From Heterodontus francisci (Eukaryota): a DNA stretch of 60,683 nt. The notes below the pieces were generated by a model. It saw nothing but the letters and a program-made list of their open reading frames with translations. It was not told where the DNA came from and searched no databases. Shown here piece by piece: positions 35,024 to 46,053 of this stretch; the stretch's first letter is position 1; each line of letters begins with the position of its first letter. Where the stretch lies: contig NW_027141754.1 of NCBI RefSeq assembly GCF_036365525.1, positions 1 to 60,683 on the forward strand. The letters are read 5' to 3'. The translations under genes and the position numbers were made by a program.

Positions 35024-35097
35024 GTGAACCCGGAGACTGTGAAAACGCTATCTGGAACACTCGACAGCCCACACAGAACGAGAAAAAGAAGCAAAAA
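35024..35097 (+). CDS. MBD6: MBD6 coding exon 9 (VNPETVKTLSGTLDSPHRTRKRSK)
   Basis: 74 nt; similar to MBD5 [25 protein letters not shown]. Confidence 0.85.
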
Positions 35098-35753
35098 GTA
35101 AGGAGGATTCGGGGCTGTGGCCTTTCTGACGGTCTCCTGCGTTCTGAGACGATTGTGGATTTCCCAAGGGATTCTGCAGTGAGGTGTGGGGGCGATGTTC
35201 GTACAGAGCGAAGAGTCGTTCTCCTCTCCGACTCAGAGGCCTATGCCCTCATGCTTAACCCCACTGAGGGCGAGAGGGCGCGGGAAGAGGAGGAGGCCAT
35301 TCGGCCCCTCTGTCGTTCAATCAGATCACAGCTGATCTGCAGCCCCACCTATTGGATTTATGACCCCCTGGTTCTGGTCTCCTCCCGCAAGTGGAAACAT
35401 CTTTACTTCCTGCACCTTTTCTAACGAACCCCTTTCGTGCCCTTAAAGACCTCTGCCGTCAGAAGGTCGGGCGGTAAGAGAAACCCGAGGCAAAGTACAG
35501 CAACACCCAGTTTCCTTCCTGTCCCGTCCCGTCCACCCCGTGTAATCTCCTGCGAGAAGCGAGAAAGCTGGTTATCAATTTTTTAGGTAAAATGGGGAAA
35601 CGGGGGTAAGGGTGTTAGCGAGGGGAGTGAGCGTTCTCCTTGGAGGGGGCAACTGCAGCGTGACGCGTTCCCATTATAAACAGGGGTAAGGGTGTTAGCG
35701 AGGGGTGTGAGTGTTCCCCTGCACCCATTGACGAAAGCTCCTTGTCTCTCCAG

Positions 35754-35829
35754 CACTCCAAAAATGAGCAGCAATCTGGAGGTTGCTCTACAGGAAGCCA
35801 TGATGGAATTGGACCAAATTACAGCCCAT
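35754..35829 (+). CDS. MBD6: MBD6 coding exon 10 (TPKMSSNLEVALQEAMMELDQITAH)
   Basis: 76 nt; similar to MBD5 LEAAIHEAMSELDKM. Confidence 0.88.
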
Positions 35830-35887
35830 GTAAGTAATATTCCAGGGAACGCCAGGCCCTGTTTCACCCCTCCCGCCCTCCCTGCCG

Positions 35888-36885
35888 TAGGGTCAGTGCC
35901 AAGGGAGCGCCGCACTTTCGGAGGGTCAGTACTGAGGGAGTGCTGCATTGTGAGAGGGTCAGTACTGAGGGAGTGCTGTACTGTGAGAGGGTCAGTACTG
36001 AGGGAGCACTGCACTGTCGGAGGGTCAGTACTGAGGGAGCACTGCACTGTCGGAGGGTCAGTGCCGAGGGAGCGCCACACTGTCGGAGGGTCAGTGCCGA
36101 GGGAGCGCCGCACTGTCGGAGGGTCAGTACTGAGGGAGTGCTCCACTGTCGGAGGGTCAGTGCCGGGGCATTCACCGCACTGTCGGAGGGTCAGTACTGA
36201 GGGAGTGCCGCGCTGTTGGAGGGTCAGTGCTGAGGGAGTGCTGCACTGTTGGAGGGTCAGTGCCGGGGCATGCACCGCACTGTCGGAGGGTCAGTGCTGA
36301 GGGAGTGCTGCACTGTCGGAGGGTCAGTGCCGGGGCATGCACCGCACTGTCGGAGGGTCAGTGCTGAGGGAGTGTTGCACTGTCGGAGGGTCAGTACCAA
36401 GGGAGTGCCGCACTGTCGGAGGGTCAGTACTGAGGGAGTGCTGCGCTGTCGGAGGGTCAGTACTGAGGGAGTGCTGCGCTGTCGGAGGGTCAGTACCAAG
36501 GGAGTGCTGCGCTGTTGGAGGGTCAGTGCCGAGGGAGTGTTGCACTGTCGGAGGGTCAGTGCTGAGGGAGTGCTGCACTGTCGGAGGGTCAGTGCCGGGG
36601 CATGCCCCGCACTGTCGGATGGTCAGTGCTGAGGGAGTGTTGCACTGTCGGAGGGTCAGTACCAAGGGAGTGCCGCACTGTCGGAGGGTCAGTACCGAGG
36701 GAGTGCTGCGCTGTCAGAGGGTCAGTACCAAGGGAGTGCTGCGCTGTCGGAGGGTCAGTGCCGAGGGAGTGTTGCACTGTCGGAGGGTCAGTGCCGAGGG
36801 AGTGTTGCACTGTCGGAGGGTCAGTGCCGAGGGAGTGTTGCACTGTCGGAGGGTCAGTGCCGAGGGAGTGCCGCGCTGTCGGAAG
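35888..36885. repeat. 33-bp minisatellite (actgtcggagggtcagtgctgagggagtgccgc), ~30 copies
   Basis: Tandem periodicity; ends in gggccgtctttcagatgag, matching the SINE-like sequence at 33505. Confidence 0.95.
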
Positions 36886-37603
36886 GGCCGTCTTTCAGAT
36901 GAGTCCTGGTGCCCAGTGGCCAATATTTATTCCTTCCCCAACATCATTAATAACAGATTACCAGACCTCCTGCTTCTTTTGTCTGTAACCCTGCGGGTCC
37001 CTGGCCCTCCTGTCCGACTCCCTTTTTAAATTCTTAAATCAGCCGGCAGCACCTTTTCCGGGTCGAGCGTTCCAGATCCCGAGAACTCCCCGTGTGAAAA
37101 CATTTCTCCCCGTCTCCCCTCCCCATCTGTACCCAGTGATTTTGAATCTGTGGCCTCTGGTTATTGACCCAGTCGCCTGAGGGAGGGGTGTTTCTCCAGC
37201 AAAACCCCCTCGTCATCTCAGAACCTCCGCCCGGTCACCTCTTAACCGTCTCTGTGCCAAGGGGAAAGGCCCGAACTTTTCCAACCCCTCCTCGTAACCG
37301 AACCTCCCTCGTTCCCGGTGATCCTCCTCTGCACCCTGCCGAGCTACAGCCTTCACATCCCTCCCGCTGAGGCCGAGCCGTTGACACATAAAAGTTTCAG
37401 CCTGACCCGTGCGCTTGTGTGTTTTATAAAACTGTGTAACCACTGTCAACGTGCACAGTCGCCTCTTTTCATTTAAGGATTTGTATGGCTGCTGAGCCAG
37501 CGCTTTCCAAAATCCCGTTTCCTTCCGCGAGTTGCTTCGACTGGGATTCTTAAATAAATAAATAAATAAAACCCAGCCCCTGAACAATGGCTTATCGTTT
37601 CAG

Positions 37604-37675
37604 GCTGACCAGCGAACTCCAAAAGAGAAATTACGGAAGCCAATGAGAAACAAGCAACGGAAAATCATCCGGTGA
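37604..37675 (+). CDS. MBD6: MBD6 last coding exon (ADQRTPKEKLRKPMRNKQRKIIR*)
   Basis: tttcag| acceptor; basic C-terminus like MBD5 KRRKISR*. Confidence 0.85.
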   Translation, partial: ADQRTPKEKLRKPMRNKQRKIIR

Positions 37676-37781
37676 CGCTGGGCCCCCCCCACACAGCTGC
37701 CCCCTCCCCATCGCGAGCAGATGGTGGATCCGAGGAGTTCGTCTGGGAAACGTATTTTATATATATAAATATATATATATA

Positions 37782-37831
<50 letters not shown>

Positions 37832-38465
37832 TATATATTTTAGTTTTGCGTTCTTTTGGGTTTTTAAAACGCAAAAGTCTCTTTTTTTTTTAAAAAAGAA
37901 AAACTGGGCATCAGTAGATGGGGGTCGGTTGCCATAGGGACGGGGGGGAGGGAGGGAGGGGTTAGAGGCTCCTGCAGGTCAGGAGTTATCAGCTGAACTG
38001 AGAATGCACGGGGCGCACCGTCCTGGGTCCGATTGTCACCCTCCGATGGCCTGAGCTGGGGGAGGGACAACTGTCACCATCTACTGATAGCACAGCCTTA
38101 CTGCAGGCAAGTACCCGACGAAGCAATAATGAAGAAGGTACTGTCGAATCAGCCTCCTGTCGTTGCCCTCTATTTAAACCTTATTCCCCCACTCCCCGCA
38201 CCTTCTCTCCTCAAACACTCGAGGGGTATAATATATATATATATTTTTGAAGACTTGCGCCGCAAGGCAACCAATTAATGACTTGCAGTCTGCACTTGTA
38301 TTCCACCCCCCCCCCTCCCCCTTCCAGATTCCTGACTTCAGCTACACTTGGGTTGGTTAATTTTTTTTTTTAAATCCTCCCCTACCCACCCCCTCCCACC
38401 CCCTCCCTCCTGTTTGTATAGTCTGCCCAAAGCGATTTTGAATACTTTTAATATAATCAGGTAGA

Positions 38466-38475
38466 ATTAAATAAA
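38466..38475 (+). terminator. Probable MBD6 polyadenylation signal
   Basis: Overlapping ATTAAA/AATAAA followed by U-rich tract. Confidence 0.65.
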
Positions 38476-38529
38476 TAACCCACACCTGTCGAATTACCTG
38501 CTCTGCTTTATTGTTTTATTCCATATTTC

Positions 38530-38572
<43 letters not shown>

Positions 38573-38729
38573 CGCGCGCGCACGCGCTCACGTTTATTCA
38601 GACTCCGAAAGCCGTCGGGCGTAAGCCGCGCCGATTTGTTTGCGAAACCTGAACGGGCCGTTCGGCCCATCCGCTCCGTGCCGGCGTTTCTGCTCCACAC
38701 GAGCCTCCTCCCGCCTCACCCGCACCATC

Positions 38730-39320
38730 ACCAGGTCAGAGGCTGGGAATCCTGCAGCGAGTAACTCACCTCCTGACTCCCCAAACCCTGTCCACCATCT
38801 ACAAGGGACGAGTCAGGAGTGTGATGGAATACTCTCCACTTGCCTGGATGGGTGCAGCTCCAACAACACTCAAGAAGCTCGACGCCATCCAGGAGAAAGC
38901 AGCCCGCTTGATTGGCACCCCATCTACAAACATTCACTCCCTCCACCACCGACGCACAGTAGCAGCCGTGTGTACCATCTACAAGATGCACTGCAGCAAC
39001 GCACTTAAGGCTCCATCGACAGCACCTTCCAAACCCGTGACCTCTACCAACTAGAAGGACGAGGGACAGCAGACGCATGGGAACGCCACCACCTGCAAGC
39101 TCCCCTCCAAGTCACACACCATCCTGACTTGGAACTATATCGGCCGTTCCTTCACTGTCGCTGGGTCAAAATCCTGGAACTCCCTTCCTAACAGCACTGT
39201 GGGTGTCACCTACCCCACACGGACTGCAGTGGTTCAAGAAGGCAGCTCACCACCACCTTCTCATGGGCAATAAATGCTGGCCTGGCCAGTGACGCCCACA
39301 TCCCATGAATGAATTAAAGT
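38730..39320 (+). mobile_element. CR1-clade LINE 3' fragment
   Basis: VMEYSPLAWMGAAPTTLKKLD; tail atgaatgaat. Confidence 0.82.
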
Positions 39321-39654
39321 TATCTAAATGTTTCACAAATTCCTACGCTGTGTTTTGTGTGTGTGTGTGTATGTCGGGAGATTGAGGGGATGGTGGGGGC
39401 ATCTTTTCTTGCCTCCCCCTCTGAGAATTGATGTTTTTTTTTCCCAGTCCGAATATTGCCCAGCAGAGGGGTTTTAGGAAGTACAGGAGTGTCCCTGATG
39501 AACAGTTTAAACGGTGACTGTGGGAAAATAAACTTCAGGCAAGTTTGTGGTTCGCGGGGGAACCCGTGAGGAGAGGGGGAGCTGTTCAGCACAGCTGTGG
39601 GTGGGGCCGTCTCGATGACGCGGGAGGTCGACAGGCCAGTGCCCTCGCACAGTC

Positions 39655-41100
39655 GAATGCGGAGGCCATTCAGCCTTCCCCCCCTCCTCCCCTCCCCCCC
39701 CCACCCCCACCCCCAGAGCCTGTCCCGGCATTCAGTTAGTACGTGGGTGATCTTAAGATTCGACTCCACTTTCCCGCCCGCTCCCCCATATCCCTTGATT
39801 CCCTGAGAGAGCAAAAATCTGTCTCTCGCAGCCTTAAATATATTAAACGATGGAGCATCCACAATCCTCTGGGGTAGAGAATTCCAAAGATTCACAACCC
39901 TCTGAGCAAAGTAATTTCTCCTCACCTCAGCCCTAAATGATCGGCCCCCTTATCCTCAGACTGTGCCCACCGTGTTTCAGATTCTCCGACCGGCGGAAAC
40001 AATCTCAGTGTCTGCCCTATCCAGCCCCTTCCCAATCTTTTATGTTTCGGTGAGATCGTCTTTCATTCTTCCAAAGTCCAGAGAATACAGGTCCAATTTA
40101 CTCAGCCTCTCATCCTCGGGACCAGTCGAGTGAACCTTCGCTGCACCACTGCCAGTACAAGCTTTCTTAAATGTGGAGACTAAAACTGCACACACTACTC
40201 TAAATGTGGTCTCACCAAAACCCTGTACAGTTGTAGCCTAACTTCCTTCTTCCTGTGTTCCAATCCCCTTGCAAGAAAGGCCAGCATGCCATTTGCCTTT
40301 CCTAATTGCTTGCTGTATTTGCATGCTAACTTTTTACGTTGTTTGTACAAACACACCCAAGTCTCAACACTTGCAAGTTTCACACCTTCCTAAAAAAAAA
40401 AATTCTGCTTTTCTATTCTTACAAGCAAAGTGAATGACTTCGCACTTCCCTACATTATATTCCATCTGCCATCTTTTTGCCCATTCACTTAACCTGTCTA
40501 CATCTCTTTGCAGCCTCTCTGCGTCTTCCGCTTTCCACCGAGCTCTGTATCATCACTGAACTTGGATACATTCCTCTCTGTCTCTTTGTCTAAGTCATTA
40601 ATATAGATTGTAAATAGCTGAATCCCCAGCACTGACCCTTGCGGCACTCCACTATTCACTGCCTGCCAACTTGAAAATGCCCTGCTTATGCCCACTCTCT
40701 GCTTCCTGTCTGTTAACCAATCCTCTATCCGTGCTAACATCACCTCCATGAGCCCTTATCTTGTCTATTAACTTTTGTGTGGCACCTTATCGAACGCCTT
40801 TTGGAAGTCCAGGTATACTACATCTACTGGTGCCCCTTTATCTACCCCACCAGTTATATCCTCAAAAAAAAACTCCAATAAATCTGTCAAACAGGATTTC
40901 CTTTAGTAAAACCATGTTGGCTTGTTCTAATCATACTGTGCTTTTCTAAGTGCATTGTTAAGACTTCCTTAATAATAGATTCCAGCATTTTCCCCACGAC
41001 TGATAGGCTAATTGGCCTGTAATTCACTGCTTTCTCACTCACCGCCTTTCGAGAAAGGAGGGAAACATTTGCCAACTTCCAAACTGATGGACTAAGGAAT
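39655..41100 (-). mobile_element. CR1 LINE RT fragment
   Basis: [58 protein letters not shown]. Confidence 0.9.
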
Positions 41101-41379
41101 TTTAGAAAATCGTAGTTGGAAATATGTACTTCTGTATGTACACAATACACCCCGACATGCATATTCCTGTAACAATTTCACCGTTGCAGTGCAGTTCTGT
41201 ACTGCACCAGTTTCGCCGTTTTACGTTTTCCAATAATTGAGGTTCTGTTGCTGTCAGCTGTATCTCAGAAGATGTTCTCTCTCCCTTGCCTCCTACCTCT
41301 GAGTCGGCGGTCGAGGATTCGGGCCCCCGTCCAGAGACGTGTACTCTATCTTAGTGCTGGCATTGAGGGAGCACCACGC

Positions 41380-41670
41380 TATCAGAGGGTCAGTACCAGG
41401 GGAAGCATGGCACTGTCGGAGGGTCAGTGCTGAGGGAGCGCCACGCTGTCGGAGGGTCAGTGCTGAGGGAGCGCCATGCTGTCGGAGGGTCAGTGCTGAG
41501 GGAGCGCCGCGCTGTCGGAGGGTCAGTGCTGAGGGAGCGCCGCGCTGTCGGAGCGCCGCACTGTCGGAGGGTCAGTGCTGAGGGAGCGCCGCACTGTTGG
41601 AGGGTCAGTACTGAGGGAGCGCCGCGCTGTCTGAGGGTCAGTGCTGAGGGAGTGCCGCACTGTCGGAGGT
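41380..41670. repeat. 33-bp minisatellite, same family as 35888-36885, ~8 copies
   Basis: Tandem ctgtcggagggtcagtgctgagggagcgccgc. Confidence 0.9.
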
Positions 41671-42402
41671 TCCACGGTTTGGATGAGGCATTAAACTGAT
41701 GCCCCGTCTGCCCTGGGGGAGAGACCTCGCTCATTATGGTCCTTTGTTTAAAAAACAAACCAGTGAAACTGCAGTGAACGCAACTGTTTCCGGATCCAGC
41801 GAGGTCGATGACGAGGTCAGTGGAGCCTCTCCCACCTTCCCGACGTCCGTCTCACCTCCACCCCCTGTCAATTGAAGCAGAATAGAAATGGGCTGCGGCG
41901 CGATTGCGGGTTCAGTTTCCTGCCCACGCACAGACCCTTGCTGAGATACAGTACTGCAAGTGAGACAGGTGGCAAAGGTGATGTTTACAGTGTGTGTGGG
42001 GGCGGAAAGAAGTGTCATCCAGGTGGGAAGGGGACAGAGGTGAAGGATGGCAGAAGAAGCAATGGATCCAACGGGAAATAGCAGCGTAAATATCTGGAGC
42101 AGGTGGCAGTCCAATCTGCAACAGGAATAAGTTTCCAGGTGAAACCAGTTCTCATCCCCACACACCACCCCGCATGTACAAACATGCTGTGGTGAACTTG
42201 AGAGTGAGAGAGCCCAATTATTTATCATCCTGCCCTACCCACCAGCTAGCTTTGCATGACCTGAGACCACTTTAGCGGGCGAAGTGTACAAGGCGTGAAA
42301 GGGGCAAAAGAATTAAACTGCAAATCAATGGGATTTGGAGAATGAAGCTCCCTCTCCACTGTCCCCATCAAACACTCCCAGGACAGGTACAGCACTGGGG
42401 TT

Positions 42403-45400
42403 GGCTGCTGCCTAATTGGACTGTTGACTGCTGATTGCAGCAACGAGCCTCAGCTGAAATTGCTGGTGGCAGTTGGAGGTTGCAGAGGTGGAGAGAGGAG
42501 CTAGACCGAGCACGGGAGAGCAGTTACAACCCAGCAGAGGGAAAATGTCAACAACCGTCGCCATTAAAGAGAAGAAAGAGACATTTTTTGTTGGAAACAA
42601 GGCTTTGTCTGGAGGTGGGTGCTGAACACCAGTAATTTGCTTTGCTTTGGACTGTTGGGGGAGGAATGAGTGGCCGGAACAACAAGGGGTGGGGCTGCCA
42701 AATCAGCAGGAATCTGTGCTGCTGCAACAAGCACACAGGGAAGCTCCCTCCCCACCCCACCCTAATTGCCCAGCCTGGGTCAGCTGAAGCTGCCTGGCTA
42801 AACAGACGGAAGGGGATAGATAGATCCTGGGCAGCTTCAGCTGACCTAGGTAAAGGCGCCTCCCCCAACCAGAAGACCAAGTTCAAAGACTGTTTTAAGT
42901 GTGCTGTGAGCACCACCTCCAGAAAGCAAGTCATCCCTTACAGCCTGCCTTTGCCTCTCCTCTATTACCTCAGCCTCTCCACTAACCTGTTGTTTGTTTT
43001 TTTTAAAATACATATTCAATATCTTCTGTGAATCTTTTGATATTCAGTGTTCAAGCCCACAATTTGGGGTGGATTTAGCTCTTAGACCCATGACAAGCCC
43101 TTCATCACCGGTGGCGGGGCCCTCTACTACCTATGCAGCTGCAGCCTCTGTGGCTGCCCACGTGGCCCCGTCACTCTTTAAATTGTTGACATGCAGCCAT
43201 GGGGTGAAGAGCTATCCCCACCCCACCATGTCTATTGAGGCCTGCGTAAAGGCAATGGCCGAGGTTGTCGGCCCCTCGGCCATTGTTGCGGCCTCAAAGA
43301 TGTATGGGAAGGCTGTGTTCTTTTTGAAGACCGAGCGGGCAGTGTCCCTGGCCCTGAGTAAAGGGCTCACTGTCACTATCACGTCTTCTGGACCTCGGAC
43401 GGGGCACGGTGCCACGCCTGCAAGGGGGTGGGGCATGTTCGCAAGAACTGCCCCAACCTCCCGGCCGCCAACTCCACCTCGGCGGCCCAGGGTGACGCCA
43501 GTGCACCTCCTCCCGCTCGCCTCACGCATCGTACAGACACCGCTAGAGAGGGAGGTGCTCGACTTGGAGTCCCGCCTCGGTCATGCCGTCGTGGACCCGG
43601 CCCTGTGGCAGGCGTATAAAGAGAAGAAGGGCGCTCTGAGGGACCTGCAGCTTATAGGGTCCCGAGGCGCGTACACGAGGTCGCGGATTCAGATCCTGGA
43701 AGATTTGGACCACGCCTCACCCTTCTACTCACTGGAAAAATGGCAGGGGGGTCCGTAAGCAGCTCATCGTGCTGCTGGCCGACGACGGATCCTCCATCAC
43801 GGATCCGGAGGGAATGGGTCTCCTGGTCCGTTCTTATTACAGTGCGTTGTTCTCTCCGGATCCGTCCAGCGAGGATGCGCGCAGAGTTTTGTGGGAAGAC
43901 CTGCCGCAGGTCAGCCCAGACAGCGGCGAAGGATTGGAGGCTCTGCTCACGTTGGCGGAGCTGACTGGCGCCCTCCACCAGCTCTCGAGGGGCAAATCCC
44001 CAGGGCTGGATGTGTTGACCGTGGAGTTCCTCAGGGCGTTCTGGGACGTCCTGGGGGACGATTACGCGCGGGTCCTGGGGGAAAGCCTGGCGACCGGGGA
44101 GATGCCCCTCTCGTGGCGCAGGGCGGTCATCATCCTGCTGCCGAAGAGGGGCGATCTCCGCCTGCTTAAAAGCTGGTGTCTGGTCTCCCTCCTCAGCACG
44201 GATTATAAGATCTTTGCCCGGGCTATGTCTATCCGCCTGGGCTCCGTGCTGGCCCACATGATCCACCCCGACCAGTCCTACACGGTCCCGGGCCGGTCCA
44301 TCCAGGATAACATCCACCTGGTCCGGGACCTGATCCATCTTTCCCAGAGGACTGGTCAGTCGGTCGCCTTTCTCTCCCTCGATCAAGAGAAGGCGTTCGA
44401 CAGGGTGGATCACGATTACCTTTTCGGGACTCTGCGCGCTTTCGGACTTGGGCCGCATATCGTGGCCCGGGTCCGACTTTTGTATGCCACTGCAGAGTGT
44501 CTAGATAAGGTTAAAGGGTCCTTGACGGCGCCCCTTCGCTTTGGGAGAGGAGTGCGTCAGGGATGCCCCATGTCCGGCCAATTGTACACCATCTGCGTGG
44601 AGACCTTCCTGTGCCTGCTTCGCAGGAGGTCGTCCTCTCGGCTTACGCCGACGACGTGCTTCTCATGGTCACAGATCCCGTTGACTTGCGGAGGATGCAC
44701 GACTGCCAGCAGACCTTTTCTGTCGTGCCCTCCGTGAGGATCAATTGGGAGAAATGTTCCAGGCTCCTGGTGGGTCAGTGGCGGGTGGACTCCCTGCCAG
44801 AGGAGTTGACTCCTTTTGCGTGGAGCACCACGCACCTCCTCTATCTGGGAGTCCACCTTAGCCCCGCTGAGGAAGCCTGGCCGGCAAACTGGCAGGAGTT
44901 GGAGGCGAAAGTCACCGCTCGGCTGGGGCGCTGGACAGGACTGCTCCGAGTGCTTTCCTACAGGGGCCGTGCGTTGGTCATAAACTAACTAGTGGCCTCC
45001 ATGTTGTGGTACCGGTTGGTCACTTTGGCCCCGCCCCCTGCATTCGCCTCCAGTCAGGGAGTTGCCCGCCGACGGAGGAGAGCGCCTCGGCTGTCCGGAC
45101 GGCCGACTCCAGGGACGGACCGGCGAGCGGAGGAGTAGCTGAAGCCCCCGGGTCGCCCCCTCACTGCTGGTGGCGGGGCGGGCTCGAGTGCAGAGCACTC
45201 CCTGCCGAGCTGATCCCCGCTCGGCCGGAACTGCTCATCGGACCCAAGCCCCGAAACCCTCCTCGGGAGCCAGTCCCGCACAACCCGAGCTGCCTCTCGG
45301 AAATGCTCGCCATGTCATTCCAATCGGCGCTGAGAGGTTTCCTGTATGGGCTGCTCCTGCACACTCTCCACTTCCTCACCCTCGTCAGCCGGACGGACAC

Positions 45401-46053
45401 ACCCTGGCGGTCTGCGTTGCCATCTGGCGGCGAGGGAAAACCCCGATGGAGGTCTCTCTACGTGGGAGTCTTCCCCCCTTTACATCGGGGACCTGGGGTG
45501 GAGGGTGTTGCACAGGGCGGTCCCGTGCAATGGACTTTTAAGTAGGTTCACGGACTCCCAGGCCGCCTGTACTTTCTGCGGCCTGGACGAGTCCGTGTTC
45601 CATGTATATACAGAGTGTGCGAGGTTGCAGTCCCTCTTCGAGTATTTGAAGGGGCTGCTCCTCCAGTTCTGGCTGCACTTCAGTCCCACGCTCCTGATCT
45701 TTGGACACCCAGTGCAGTGGGGGCGTGGGCCGGGAGGAGGATCTCCTCGTCGGTCTGCTCCTGGTCCTGGCCAAGGTGGCAATTCACAGGTCCAGGCTGC
45801 GGGCCGTCGGGGGGTCCGTCCTCCCCGATTGCCTGCCCCTCTTCCGCGGTTACGTTCGCGCCCGGGTGTCCCTGGAGAAGGAGCATGCGGTGTCCGCCGG
45901 TACGCTTGAGGCCTTCCGCGACCGGTGGGTACCGCAGGGACTGGAGTGCATTGTCGACGCCGAGAATGGCATTTTAATTTGAGTTTTTGGTTTATTTATG
46001 TTTTTAATAGTTATTTTAGAAATGTAAATATGTATATAAAGGGGGCCTGAGGA
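42403..46053 (+). mobile_element. Tx1-type non-LTR retrotransposon with internal deletions (5' UTR, ORF1 with CCHC knuckle, RT, C-terminal zinc motif)
   Basis: ORF1 from ATG 43090 (IVAASKMYGKAVFFL); CHACKGVGHVRKNC ~43410-43451; RT motifs KSPGLD.LTVEF, LDQEKAFDRVDH, GVRQGCPMSG, YADD; CTFCGLDESVFHVYTEC. Frameshifts present and no endonuclease domain visible. Confidence 0.9.

Larger units (their letters stand above)
22505..37675 (+). other. MBD6: Gene model: methyl-CpG-binding domain protein 6 (MBD5/6 family), 11 coding exons, 4161 nt, 1386 aa
   Basis: All exons AG/GT and phase-consistent. MBD5/6-type MBD, FPASSLLSAAAKAQL and NPLACLFQN motifs. Position between DDIT3 and DCTN2 supports MBD6 over MBD5. 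Confidence 0.88.

Noticed and set aside
35583-37029. Cys/His-rich ORFs resembling zinc-binding proteins
   Set aside because: Products of the 33-bp minisatellite, open on both strands.
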